Assembly (NCBI GenBank): GCA_000708835.1
Contig: DF237052.1
Span: 141,892-205,891, forward strand
Length of the DNA stretch: 64,000 nucleotides
Direction: 5' to 3'
DNA from: Klebsormidium nitens
Lineage: Eukaryota; Plantae; Klebsormidiophyceae
In this document: piece by piece, positions 24,701-37,876 of the stretch
Layout: every line of letters starts with the position of its first letter
How positions within the stretch are numbered: the first letter of the stretch is position 1
Translations under genes and position numbers: made by a program
Notes under the pieces: generated by a model
The model's database searches: none
Seen by the model: the letters and a program-made list of their open reading frames with translations, nothing else
What the model was told of the DNA's origin: nothing

Positions 24701-27700
24701 AAGTTTGCGCAACCTCTTTCGAGATTGCACTTTCCCGTTAACAACCCGCCTCTTACTTGCCAGCGCTTTCCAAGTCTGGACGCTCATTGTGTGGCAGTCA
24801 AAGGTGCGATTCAATGCAGCACATTTAGTCGTCAGAATATGGAGCGCATTCTCACTCACCTGCAAAGACTCCGTGTCGCACGGTGGGAAAACTCGGAACG
24901 TCCGTTGGGGGACCTTCCAGATGCCGTTGATGTGCGCCTCAGTCCAACTCGAGTTGACCATCACAACCTGAAGCAGCGCACAAATCATGTCAAAACCAAG
25001 GTGGAAACACTCGGTCAAAGGCTGACACTGGCTGCGAAGGCAGCCAAAAGACTGGCTCTAATCATTCGCAGTCGGTTACTTACCTGCCCGTAATAGAAGT
25101 TGTAGGTTTGGGCTTTGGGCGTAGGGATGAGCTCCAATAAGAGGAGGACCCTTTTCTAGGCGACGCCCAAAACGTGTCTACGGTGCTACCAAAGTTACAC
25201 CAATGATCGCCGTGTGCCTCGAGGCAAAGTCTATTTGTCTACCACCATATAATCTGGGCACAAAATCACGCTTGTATGGCAATCTAGAAGCTTAAAGCTT
25301 CTGCAAAGTGAAAGCGTGATTGCAAAGCACAGTTGAACATCGGCCTGGGGCCCACGCATAGTCTCTGGAAACTTAAGATCCTGCTCTTTGCAATCTCGGA
25401 CCGCTTCTCCAAATTGGTGAGCAAAACCAGTGACCAAAAACGTTCGACCATGCAACTGGCCACGTTTCTGAGTGAACGTTGTCGACTCACACTCGCTCGC
25501 GCTCCAGCCAATCCAAACAGAAAAGCCATCAGGCGGGAATACCAAAATTTCACGCTCATTCTTCGCAAACTTTAAACTCTGTTCTTTGCAATATCGGACC
25601 GTTTCCCAAGTTCGACAAGCCCAATCAGTGACCAAAAACCTTCAACCATGCAATTTAACGACAGTTCTCGATGAAATCAGTGACTTACATCCGCTCGCGC
25701 TCCAGCCAATCCGTACAGAAACGCCATCAGGCGGTAATACTGAACTTTGACGCCTGACAGAAGCCCGCTCTGCGCAATGGCCTGGTCGTTGTTGTACAGA
25801 GCGCGTCGGGACTTGACACGTGTCAGCATGTCGAGGCTGATCGTCGGGTAGTGGGTGTAACTCACGACTCGGCAGCCAAAGAGGCCTGCGCAACGGGGTA
25901 AATAAATACCCGCATGATTCTAAGAGCGTGTTCCTTATTCAAAGTGACGTCAGCACAATGTCTTCGATATGTTGTAACGGGAAAGCCAGATATCCAAGGA
26001 AGCAAGCAAGACGGTATTCCAAACAGCCCCGGCTTCTTTCCAATGCGAGCATAATGTCTCAAGGTACAAACTGATGTGTTCTTTTTGGATACCAACAGCC
26101 GCGTATTGCAGTCCCTGCGCTGACAAACCCTGAAGTTCTAAGCAGAGAGAGATGGGACATCAAAAGGATCCGAACAGTTTGCACACAGAAACGAGAAAAC
26201 ATGGTAAAGCTGACACGTGTCGTTTGCTGTGGTGAGGAACAAAACTACCTGCCAGCTAACACAGGTAGTCCGTGCGTAAGACAGCGTAGTTATGACCCGG
26301 CCGAACTCGATTTAACGAGATGCAAGCAACGTCACACCGGTGAAACTCACGGGCGAGCGGGTAGGTGAAGGCGTAACCACTGGTGTCAATGAAGACCTCC
26401 GGCATGAACAGGTTGAGCGCCTCCCAGGCCAAGACAATGGAACCTAGGCTCTGACCCAAAATAGTTAAGCGCGGGTACGACTTGGCTTCAATCCAGGAGC
26501 GGCGAAAGAGTCGCGCCACCTGTCACAGTGTGATTCGCCGTTCTTTTAGCATCAAGTCTGAGTGGATGGATTGGGTAGTCGGCCTTTTGAAGGGCACAGT
26601 CTTCCAACAGCAAATGACAAGAACAAGGGCATCTGGACAAAACGTTTTCTGAACGCCAGTCTGGGATAATGGCTGCTATTCTCATATGTCAGAACACCTT
26701 GAATGAAGCTTCCTGATGATTGGCTATTGCTGGAGACATGTCTTCCTTTGAAGCTCGCTGCGGGGTAATGCACTCCAAAGCATGTGCTTTCATCTTGCGG
26801 GCTGCTTTCACGTTCGGCCCCTGATAATCAGATGCACTGACCAATACAATTCTGGTCCACGCATCCAACACTTCTTTTCCTTTTACCCAGTGAGCCCATG
26901 TGAGCCTCACTGAATCAGCTTCTCTGTTCATGACATCACGGTTGGAAATACTGGAGTGCTAGCTCCGCCTCCTTTGAAGTACCAGGGTCAAATGGACGCT
27001 TTGGCGCAGCAGATTGCAGAGTTGGAAAACAAGTAAACGAGAGCTTCAGAAGAGCAGGAAGAATAGAAGTTTGGCTTACGGAAAGAGGCTGGGGCAGTTT
27101 CACGCCAAACTTGTCTGCGGCTCTTGCAGCCAAAGACTCGGGCGTCGCCATGTCCACAGTGTATATGATGACCTGCGCAACCGTGTGTTGTGATAATTCT
27201 CTGACTGATTGCGGGAGGTGACGTTGCAGTACGGTACGTCAATATTTGTATTGGATTGATCAAAACAATAAATGCATTTCGAGGCGAAAGAGCCACTTGG
27301 GTTAGCGCCTGGGAGCAAAGTAAGCCCTAATGCCCTAATGAGGTCACTTTGAAAGCAGACCTATCAGCATCGCTCATTGGGAAAGCGCCATGACGACGCT
27401 CCTTTTTCTGTGTTCGTCAGGACTTAACAACAACAACAACAACAAAGGACTTAACTTGAACACTCTGCTGAGACTGTTGTAATATAGGTGCTCAAACACA
27501 CACTTACCAGAATAAACACAATTCTGGTAAGCACACAATGATCCTGCCTTAGCACCCAACTTATTCACAACATGCTGAAATTTTGAGCAGCGAAAGGATA
27601 CAGTGAATCTTGAAAAAGAGGGCTGAAAACGATGGCATTCCATCTGATTGAAACTCTTAGGTGCTCATTCCAGTCCCTGCAATTTCCACCCCGAGGTTTT

Positions 27701-28025
27701 CAAACTAGAAGAACTTGAAAAGCATGCTAGCAAGAACAGACACAATTCTGGTAAGCACGCAATTTTGGCGCACAAACAGAACTCAAGGACACTGTCTTAC
27801 ATCTGACTGTGGGCACTCCTCCTGAACTGCTTTCACTGCACACCACAGCACACGCTCGCCGCCCCCTCCGTCATTGGTGAATGGGTGAAAGAATCCGAAA
27901 GAACCTTTTGTCCTCCTTTCCACCCCCATGGACTTCATCCCAAAAAACATCATAGGTATATACAAAAACATGGGGAGGAAGAACGAGACGACTCCGATGA
28001 GGAGCCATTGCCAGACAGAAAGCAT
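21756..28025 (-). CDS. ALG11: GDP-Man:Man3GlcNAc2-PP-Dol alpha-1,2-mannosyltransferase, 9 exons, 478 aa
   Basis: Exons 28025-27801, 27172-27080, 26519-26351, 25885-25689, 24967-24860, 24553-24485, 24064-23924, 23055-22866, 22000-21756 (1437 nt, in frame). Motifs: N-terminal [75 protein letters not shown] (GT4 EX7E). Confidence 0.96.
23056..23395 (-). repeat. Two copies of the ALG11 exon-8 acceptor junction
   Basis: CAG|AGGAT(A/T)GA(C/T)GACCT.CG.GCGC. at exon-like starts 23227 and 23386; the true start is 23055. Confidence 0.88.
25385..25760 (-). repeat. 198-bp duplication of the ALG11 exon-4 end, donor and first part of the intron
   Basis: CGCCTGATGGC.TTTCTGT..GGATTGGCTGGAGCGCGAGCG...|GT(A/G)AGT at donors 25688 (true) and 25490. 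The flanking intron sequence (ATTGCAAAGA, GGTCACTG) is also duplicated. Confidence 0.88.
27426..27443. repeat. (AAC)6 microsatellite in ALG11 intron 1
   Basis: Read directly from the sequence. Confidence 0.8.
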
Positions 28026-29323
28026 GCTGGCGGATGCGCAAGCGGAGGCTGAAATTTGAATGCTTGCGTATTAGAGCGTGTTTGTGCCAGGCAGTTGCTT
28101 TCACCAGGGAAAGAACTCCCTATACTTCACAGTCTTCAGTGACATGGGCCGCCTGAGCTTGCAAATTCTGATTCCTTCGATCCTCTCACAATTTCATTCA
28201 AGCTGTCACCTCTAGCTCTTGCCAGCCTTCGCCAGGTGGCACACGCTGAAGCGATGACAGCTGGCCACTTTGGATAGCCTATGACGTCATAATACCGTAT
28301 GCACATCAAAAGCCAGTAAGCTCGTGCTCATTTATCTACCTAATAATGGTCACACGCAATAACAATATGTATTATGTACCGTATGCCATGAGAAGGAGGC
28401 TATGGCGAAATTGACTACGGCGTATTTGAAAAGAGACATGATCGTCCACAATCTCGTTGCAATTACGATCATGACTGTCAATTTTATCAAATGCGCTCGG
28501 AGCAGTTTGGAAGCGCGAGCACTTTATTTTGAGTGATGTACCTTGCCTTGTATATCTCAAATTACTGATTCTGCATGGTTAATCCTTTCTATCATGCTTC
28601 TTCCGAGCACGTGCTTCCATGCCTGGACGAGACTAATGATCTGAAACGGACAAGCCAAGTCTATACGTTTACCTATTTGGAGCATGGGCCGTAACAAGCC
28701 TGGTGCCCGGAAGCGGGTCCGGCCGCGAGGGCCATGGTACCGTGTCAACCGCACAGTCACCAGAGGGACATTGAAAGGCGCACGGTCCAAAAACTGCATG
28801 CAGTCGAGAGGGCCGGGAAAGCTAGACGAATGGTCATGGACAGCATATTTATGCTAAAGCGGGTTGGCGGTGCATTGAGCAGGCGGCAACAATTGGTGAG
28901 TGCTTTGCTTTCAAGAAAGATATGTGCATAGAGTGCTGGTTTTGTGTGCATAGGCCGCTTGAAGTCAGATCGAGGATCAAACAAATCAATGTAACAGCCG
29001 CCTGTAGTATAGAAAGATATTATTCAGCAATCATTAATCCGTAACACGGGTTTCACTGTGAGGCCCCATATCCTCGTTTGGCCACACCTACATTACCAAG
29101 GGGGAGCCCCCAACTTACCTTGAACCTAGATACCACATTAAAGGCGTGTTTGGCTCAGCATGTCTTGCGGAGGAACATAAGTGACTACTATAGTGACTAC
29201 CTAACCAATCTCACCATAAAGCATACCTTCAAAATGACTCTCAAGATATTGGAGAATGTAAAACTCAGGGCGCCGAACATACTTCAACTAGAGGTTCAAA
29301 CATTACGGCAGCAGGCAGGGGCA

Positions 29324-32300
29324 CTAAGTTGTTTCCGACATTAGTCGGTTCATGATCAACCGTTTCACTTCTTCCGCTCGAACATCCAACGCAACCTTGA
29401 CCTTCGGCTGATCCACCCACGGGTTCCCATTCTCGCCCCACCTGCGTAATGAATGCGTGACCATTTCAGCAGGGAGGAGAGGAAAAGGTGAAAAGATGAT
29501 GTGGCCAGCCGTAAGGGAGGACTTAACCGCGATCTGATAGGATTGTGAAGCCCCAAAAAGACGAAGCGAGTTTCGCTTCACTTTTTCTCTGTAGAATCAA
29601 ACAGGTACGCAAACTTGCTCCATTCTTGAAGTGCTAGTTGTACTGCTCCTGGCCTTGTTTGTTTTGAGCGCAGGTCGATACGTCATCTTCGGCTCTCCCA
29701 CTTTCAAACTTTCATCAAGAAAGCGAACACGATCATTCAGTCAAGTGCCACAGAACCGTGGTGCGAGCCTCACTTTTTGGTCCCCATGTCTAGCAACGTG
29801 TGCCCTCTGCAGAGCCCCGTCTCCGCAACCCGCACAACGCCCTCCTTCCACGAGAACAGCGACGGGTCGATCGCCGCAGTCATTGCGGAAGGGTCGTGGA
29901 CGAATATACCTGCACGGGACAGCTGGCAGCATTAGGGGCACGTTGGTTTCTGACATAAGCGATCTATAAGCGGTTCAAAGGAGTATTCCCTGCGGAATGC
30001 TCTTAAGCATCAGGGTCTAGCGTGTCTTTCTTGCGGTTGACAATGATCGGAGTGGACAGCCGCCTCAATGAAAGTATTTCAGAGTGGAAAGCTCAGTGAA
30101 ATGAGAGAAACACGAAAGTGAAACTCGCTGCGCGCCCTGAATTTTGCAGGACATCGAACATCAGATTCAAACGAGTGGCTTCGGAAACTGGTCATTTGTG
30201 GTGGATACGGAATCGTGAGGAGGTAAAGGAGAGTTTTAGTATGTCCTGGTGCAACGGTTGAGCAGTACAAATTTAAGCTCACCTTGTAGATGGTCTGACT
30301 TTAGATGCCACTCCGCATAAAACTTGACGACCTCCGCTATGTACCGCCCGAACTTGGTGCCCGAGTTGCCAATCCGTTCGAGGTCCGATGCTGCGAAACG
30401 GCGGCAAGTCGTGCTCAAGATGGCTGACAAGTCCGAAGGCAGGGTGGTGTCCAGTGAGGGTCGCATCGACTAGACCGTGCGCAGTGGTTCTCAAGATTCA
30501 GCGTGCAACGACCGAGATTAACAGATGGGTAGGAGTTACCAAGTTTTCTCGCTCGAATGATGCGTTTCAAGCGATCGAGCTTACGATGCGAAAGGCTTGA
30601 CAATGGGCAGATGGTCGCTGACATAAATGCGAAAGAACGCGAGAAAGACTAGGTTCGTCAGAAAACAACGGAAAGGCAATCAGAACCTTAGAGCAGACAG
30701 AAAGGCAAAAGGGAGAGAAAGAAAAAGGGACAAGAAAGGAAGCAAGTGCGCGTACTTGTCAGCACCACCCGCTCCGTGACGTTGAGCCCCACTACTAGAA
30801 CGTCAGCGCCGGACGTAAAGACGACATCTGCGGCCTTTGGGTCGCAGAAAACGTTGGCTTCGCAGGCTGGATTCACGTTCCCGCTCCGGAAGAAGCAGCC
30901 CCCCAGGAACACAATTTGGGCGACCTTTTTGGCGAAGCTAGGGTCTAATTGGATTGCCTGCAGCAGAGTGAGAGACGAAAATGTACAAGCGAGCTTGCCA
31001 AAGTTGTTGTGCATCTCGATCTTACTCACTCTCCGTTTCTCCAGCGTGAGCGACGAGATTCACGATGAAAGTGAAGACACACGGAACGTTTGGAGCAGTA
31101 TAAGGGTTTCGTGCTCTCAATGTCAAGCAACGGCTGGTGGTGGAAGTTGGTTATGAAAAGGACTCGGGACTCAGCAAAAGGCGGTCGACAATAAGAACAG
31201 GTGGACTAATGAAGTTGCTCGTACTAGGGACTCCACAAGACGATGCGAACAACTTCGTAAGATAGACACGGTTCTCATGTTCCACAGTACTTCGGAGCTC
31301 CGTAATTTGCATCTGTCAAATATAATGGGCTCATCCTCAGAAATCCTCATCGCTTTATCATTCGAGCAGGATTAACAGGAAACTCGAAGGCTTCCAGGAT
31401 ACTTTTTGCCAAGCAGCACGAACAGAGGGGTTCACCTACATATACGAAACGAAGGGCGAGGCAAAAGCACAACGGGGAGAATGGAGAAAACGGCTCCGAC
31501 ACTCAGCCAGCCACGACCTGATAGAGATGGAGGACTTTCTGGATGTAAGCTGTCCAATACCTTGGCAATGTTTGTACAGGGGCCTAATGCAACGACCGTT
31601 ATTTCGCCAGGCAATTTGTTGACAGCCGCTATTAGAAAGTCAACGGCAGCCGACTCGTGCGCCCTCCCAGATGGCGCCGCTGGATTCGTGTTTCCAAGGC
31701 CGTCGGTTCCGTGCACAAAGTCCGCAGGCAACGGCTCCTCGCCCTTCAAGAGAGGAGTAAAGTCAGCAAGTCGCCGTGGGGTATAGATAGAGTCTCTTTA
31801 TGTTGATTGACGAAATAGGATCGACAAGAGACGATCGATAGGAAAGTGCAGTAGTCAGGATCGAAGCCAAAGTTGAGTCGTACAGTATCGCAATGACTGA
31901 TAATAGGATCAATCTTGAGGGTAAAGCAACTCACCGACAAGAAGCAACATCTCTTAACGTGATGCAAAAGAGGAAACTGCTCCCTGCGCCCCAAGAAACT
32001 TCTGGATCCTCGACACAATCCTTCTCTTTTCATTACTGAGCCGCGTCACTCACCGAAAGCGGACGGGGCTCCCCCTGTGCGACAGGGATCGCGTGCTGCC
32101 CCGCAACCTCGCACAAGTGCAGTGCATTTGTGGTTGCGAGGGCCGTCGTCACATTGCCAAACACGGTTGTCAGACCGAGCACCTCGAGCTCGGGGGAGTT
32201 GAACGCCATCAGAATCGCCATGGCATCATCTGCAGATTGAGTTTGAAAGGTGATGGGCATCTGGATTAAGTGGTTCGCACTTATGAGCTTAATCTAGTTT

Positions 32301-33237
32301 AAACTATGTACTAGATTGTAGTACAGTCGGTTCAAGGATGGCCACGCAAGAGTCAGAATGTGTATGTGTATGTGTATGTGTAGGTGTCAGTCAGAAGCTT
32401 GGCTAACCTTTAGCTGAACGTCAGATCAAGCTTGGCCATCAGAGCTATACATGTACGGATTTCAATTATCCCAGGCCGAATGGCCAAGCTTCAATGCTCG
32501 TTCAAACACCCACTTTGATCCATATTGCACATTCGTGTACTTCAAATAAGCAATATAACGTAGCGCGTTCTACCGAAAAGCTTTTGTACGAGGGAGCTGC
32601 TCCATCTGCTTCCTCTCGAGCACCAACTCAAAAGGTGCTCGACTGACCTGACTTGGTTGTAAAGGATAAAGGGCTCATGTATCTAAAGTCTGTGGTCTTG
32701 CTCAAAGTGGAGAATAGTTTGATTCAAAGACTCTGACTGAGTTGCAAGAAAGTCGCTACCCCCAGAATTTCATTGAAACTGTCTATACAAGCTAGCTTAG
32801 AGTGCAGCTGAGGGAACAACCACATCCAAAGGATTCAGCATTGCCTCGATAAGTCAGCAGAGGAGCTAGGATTAATCAACTAGGGTTCCCTTGGTTTTTA
32901 ATGATAAAAACGTTCTCATAGCCCCAAGAAAGCACAGCCTTTCCAATAACGATCTGGCACATTTGGGAGAAGGATCAGCGAGAAGTTGAATTGGAATGGT
33001 TGAAGTTGCACAGACTCACACATTCTTCATGAATGTTAGAAACAGAGACCCTCGAATCAAAAGCCAGAATATCAGCTGGATTCAGCCAGGATCTTGTTGA
33101 ATTGGTAATGTTTCTTAGCTGCGCTTACCAATGCCTGGGTCCGTGTCAATTATGATCTTCTTCGCCTTGCTTTCCCTTGTCACATCTTCTGGCACCGCGT
33201 TGGTGTCCACGCTACCTGACGCAGATTTGTTTTCCAT
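29324..33237 (-). CDS. NSH: Inosine-uridine preferring nucleoside hydrolase (plant NSH/URH family), 7 exons, 343 aa
   Basis: Exons 33237-33129, 32229-32054, 31743-31561, 30957-30756, 30390-30283, 29909-29774, 29441-29324 (1032 nt). Motifs: IIIDTDPGIDDAMA (Ca-binding DXDXXXDD), TTVFGNV, HGTDGLGN, ALGPCTNIA, GNVNPACEANVFCDP, VGLNVT, HDPSA. Confidence 0.94.
32358..32381. repeat. (ATGTGT)4 microsatellite in NSH intron 1
   Basis: Read directly from the sequence. Confidence 0.8.
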
Positions 33238-35124
33238 GCTATCAGGACAGTCCCCAGCTTTTCTTTCTATACTAAGCGCCCTGTTCGATCCACTTCAGCT
33301 GCAATTGGCACAGAAACTTGGAAAATGAAGCTCCGTTGCTACCTGATAGGACTTATAATGCTCACTGTCAATGCATGAGATCTTGCACTTGTTTCTACCT
33401 CTTCTTGATTGAGAAAGATCTTCTACAAGAGAATCAGCTCAGCAACTCAAAAGCATACCAAAGTTAGCGCCACCATTCAGACCAATTGCTTGGGCCGGGC
33501 ACCATGGAATTGTCGCATTGCCATTTGGTCAGCTGTGCGTGCTGCAGCAGCTCTCTAGAGTCTAGACACTAGAAGCGGCAACTAGGCAGGCCTCAAAAAA
33601 GGGTGTTCAATCCGTGATCACGAATGATGGCCTATGTAGTATGAGATACGAATCCCGCGTTTTTGGGACGTATCCAATTTTCTTTTCCACGTGGCACTCA
33701 TAAGCCCATGGGGTTCCTTACATAGCATTCTGTCATCACCAACTTGGTTATGATGAGAAACAATTGGCCCTTATGCCGCCAGTCAACTGGGTTTTATCAT
33801 CTGCCTCAGGCAGCGGGCCGCCGCGATAGGCCATAATGATAGGCGAATCCTTTCATGCCTGGCCTTGAAGTTCCAATACGTTTGCAACATGGGTGGCCGT
33901 CATAGCGACGGCAAGGCCGGGCTTGCCACTTCCCTTGATTATGATTCTGATCTACGGTTAATAAGCTGCCTTGGCTTCGATCGCCGAATTCTCATTTTTA
34001 CGCTCTGGATCTATTTGTGGTGGTACCAGCCAACCGAGCAAGCACGGACATGCACGAAGAGTGACGCTAAAGCTCACACCATGCAGCGCTCGGACCAAAT
34101 TGTTCGATTCGTAAGCGTTGACCGCGCCGCTTGGGGACTCCAGTCGAGGAAAATCTCGCACCTTTATTCAGTCAGTTTTTTTATGCCGTACCGTACGATT
34201 TATCGTCGAACAGAGCCAATCCAAGCAGCTCGGATGGCGGGCCCGCATCACGGCGTCGTACAGTGTCGCTGGGCCCTATTCCTATGTTTGCCTACTTCCT
34301 CAGAGGAAGTGGCAAGCCAATATAGGCATTTCCATCGTCCTGCTATGGAACCGTAGTAGGTCAAAGAATATCAGCTTATGAGCATTCTCTGGGTCAAAAG
34401 CAGAAAGCTCCGATAGGCTATGTTAGGCGGACGAACCAGGGGCGAGAAAAAGATCTCGTGGAGCTTCTTGTGGGTTAGGATGACTTGCGGATCCGCCGCT
34501 GACGTCGTCAGATATCCACTTCGGTACGCGCGATACGCCCCTCGCTCCAGCTCACCATCAGGAAATTGACCCCCACTTTCGATGCTTCCGTCGAACTAAT
34601 CCACCGATTTTATCTGCATATATGTTCGACGTTAAACTGTAATATCGAAAAGTTGCCCGGCAAGTGGATCGAGTAGCGCGGAGTTGCAACCAGAGGACGG
34701 CTCTTGGCTTCTCTGCCACGAGAAAACCGCACGCTTCCTTCCTCCTCTCTTGTGGCAGGAATTGGTCTGGTGACTCCGCTCTGCGACTGCAGCGACCGCG
34801 TCAAACTTACAAGTTGAAGTTACAGACGCGCAAGAGGAGGAAAGGAGAAACCAGGGAGGAAAGCAGGTTCTTGCTGGGGAATGCTTGTGGATAGGGTTGT
34901 CAGGGATCTCTTCGTGCTCAAGAGCTTTGGTCCTTGCTTTTGACAAGGGGTGCTTTCGGTTCTGCGCGGACGCTCGTGCAAATGGGTCGGGGTAGTCTGT
35001 AGCTTAGGGATTAATTGGCTGTTAGCCCTAAGATTTAGGCCATAGTGTCTGCATTTCGACGTGTTCAAAAATGGTTCCAAGGTAGTCTCTAGACAGATCC
35101 CCCCTGGTCTTTCAGCCTCTCAAA

Positions 35125-37876
35125 ATGCCGAAGCAGTGTGATGCATGTCAGTCCCAAAAGGCAACTGTTTACTGCCGAGCCGATGTTGCTTTCCTTTGCA
35201 ATGGTTGTGACAGAGTGATCCATGAAGCGAACCCCCTGGCAAGAAGACACGAGCGGGTCTTTGTGTGCGAAGTCTGCGAGACACTCCCCGCAGTTGTAAA
35301 CTGCAAGGCCGACTCTGCATTCATTTGCAACAACTGCGATAACAGCATTCATGGAGCAAACGGCCTCGCAAGGCGACACGAGCGCGTGCCGGTGACCCCC
35401 TTCTACGAGTGCCAAGATGCAGTCAAAGTTGCTCACATTCACTACCCCCCGTCTTTAGTTCCTGAGGGGCTGGCTTTGGAGGTCCCCCAGTTTTGTAGAG
35501 AGGATGACGACTCAGCACTAGAGGCTGCTTCCTGGCTGCTCAACAAGCCGGATGAGGGGGGAAGTCGGGGTGAGGAGGGGGTGGATAAGCCCGACTTTTG
35601 CCCTCCGTCCCAGGATGGACAGGTTCCGAGCAACCTCTGTCGGCAGCCTTGTGTTAAGCAGACAAAGCCATTCGAGCTGCCAATGTTGATGCAAGTGAAT
35701 GGGGGGGCGCGGGTGAAGCAGGAGACAGGCATGTTTAACCCCATGGCTGAGAAGCACAGAGGAGTAAAGGCTGGGCCGAGGTTTGGTGTCAACCCGGGGT
35801 TGATGCCAAGGGCGGAGGCGCTTGTGCCTTCTTTGGGGGGCTCAGGGGAGGTTCTGGAGCAGAGAGTCCCTGTGGTCCAAAAGGGAAAGAGCAGTTTTGC
35901 AGTGCCACAGCTCGCTCACAGCGTGAGTTGCCTGGCCGGTTCCCTCTAATCATTCTGGTCTGAATCATATTGAATGTCACTTGCTTGTGCCATGTCATTG
36001 TAGGATGGATGTCGGATTGAGCTGGGTTGGATTTCTGTAGGAAATTGCTGGCAATTGAACCAGGCTGTGAGCAGTGCATCATTGCTGGAGGCAAAATGTG
36101 CGCCAAGGTTTGTTGGAAGCCACAATGCTATGCTTAGGACCTTCTGTGGACAAGGATTGTTTGAGCTGTTGTGATCAAATGAAGCGTCTGTTGCTCGACT
36201 CAGATTAGTGCAAAGGAAACCCTCTAGCTGAAGCGTCAGAGGTAAAAGAGAGTCAGAAGACTGACTTGAGAAAGTGGGTCTGACATTTTCATGAAAACAG
36301 CTCAATAGAACAGGGCTGGAGAAGCTGAATGCGCAAAGGATGGTCGTTGTGATTTGGGTACAATCATGAAGCAGGTTGCCAGGTTCAGTGAAGTTGTGGG
36401 CAAGGTTCTCAGCTGGCCAGAGGGCTGACCAGTGGCCCACTTGGTCCTGTTCGTTTAACTGCATCTTTTCAATGAATAAGGGTCACTCAGGGGATTGAGG
36501 ACAGGGATGTCCTTAGAGCAGTCTGCGTACTTCTGGGTGTTGTCCTCCAGGTTCTCTGTGACCTTTTCCACCCTATGCTTTGCCATCGGTGCGCAGATTC
36601 CCAGCCTAACATTGTCAGTCAAATGCTGGAAATGTTTCTGGAAAAAACTCCATTGAGATTTATCATTTCCCTGCTTCAATTCTCCCAATGTAGTCTTCAA
36701 TTGGTTGCCCCTTCCATGAAGCACTCCCCAATGTATCGGTCTTGGAGCTGATACCTGGTTGCAAGAAGTTATCAGAAGTTGAGAAACCATCTCTGTCTGC
36801 CAGGTGTCATCCTGTCAGGTGCAATCATCAGATTGTGTTGACCTGTCTCTCCAGTGAGCACATTCTAGCGCCCCCCCAAATCGTGTGAAATCAAGCTATA
36901 ATTCAGTCTTGTCTGAGGGGTCGAGAACTTGTCATTTTTCACTCAACCCACATCCTTATCTGCCAGGTGTCGTCCTCCAGTTTCGACGTGGCGCTTGTGC
37001 CGGACAGCAGCCTCAGCGAGGTGTCGATGCCAAGCCCCGATGCGGACGTGCAAAAGGGCGATACTGCGAAAGGGTTTGAGATGCCACAGAGGCTGTTGCA
37101 CGTGGGGGGAGCGCCTCCGATGGACAGAGAAGCCCGGGTGAACCGCTACAAGGAGAAGCGCAAGAATAGAACGTGAGGCCTCTTCACTTTTATGTCACCC
37201 CTGCTAAACTCAACTCTAGTTCCTAATGGGACTTGAAAGATTTATCTGGCAATCATGCACGGAGCCACCCACCTAAGATTCTTTGAACGATAAGGTAGTA
37301 GCTGTTTTTTTCTGAAGGCTTTTTTTGGAGAAACAGTGATTCAGCGGATGAGCAGATTGCAAGTGCTTTACTTATGAAAAGATCGGTGATGTCCGAGTTT
37401 AAGCCGCCGTAAGCGCTGTTGAAAGTGCAAAGGACTCTTGCTTTGGCAGGACGGTTGACATCAAATGTTGTGCCTTCCTTCGTATAGTTAGACAGACTTG
37501 AGGCCTCTCTGAGTCATGTTGTGTCGTCACGAACTTGGCTGGTAAATCGCTGGAATGTCAGTTAAAATTGAGACGCTTGGATGTCTCGCATCCTCAAAAG
37601 GCCGTCTTTTCTGGGTCTTCTGCTTGCTTATTTGTATCGTGACTTTTCTGCAGTTATGAGAAAACGATCCGGTATGCCAGCCGGAAGGCGTATGCCGAGA
37701 GCCGCCCCCGCGTCAAGGGCCGGTTTGCCAAGCGGGAATCAAACGTCTCCATCACCCAAGGCATCCCAGTCTCTCATATACCGGTCTCGCAACCCTTCCC
37801 TTCCTACGATTACAGCATGTACGGTATGGTCCCCGACGGACTGCCCTACGGCATGATGCCCGTTTCCTACTATTAA
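35125..37876 (+). CDS. COL: CONSTANS-like transcription factor (two B-boxes, VP motif, CCT domain), 3 exons, 408 aa
   Basis: Exons 35125-35922, 36967-37172, 37654-37876 (1227 nt). B-box1 [42 protein letters not shown]-box2 [55 protein letters not shown], and [46 protein letters not shown]. Confidence 0.95.

Noticed and set aside
30391-30423. More upstream acceptor for NSH exon 5
   Set aside because: It would insert 11 residues (ILSTTCRRFAA). The 30390 acceptor gives VVLTTSDLERI, which fits the family better.
33865-34356. 163-aa ORF between NSH and COL (also 12637-13209, 62007-62273)
   Set aside because: No motifs and no supporting splice pattern; consistent with chance ORFs in GC-rich non-coding DNA.
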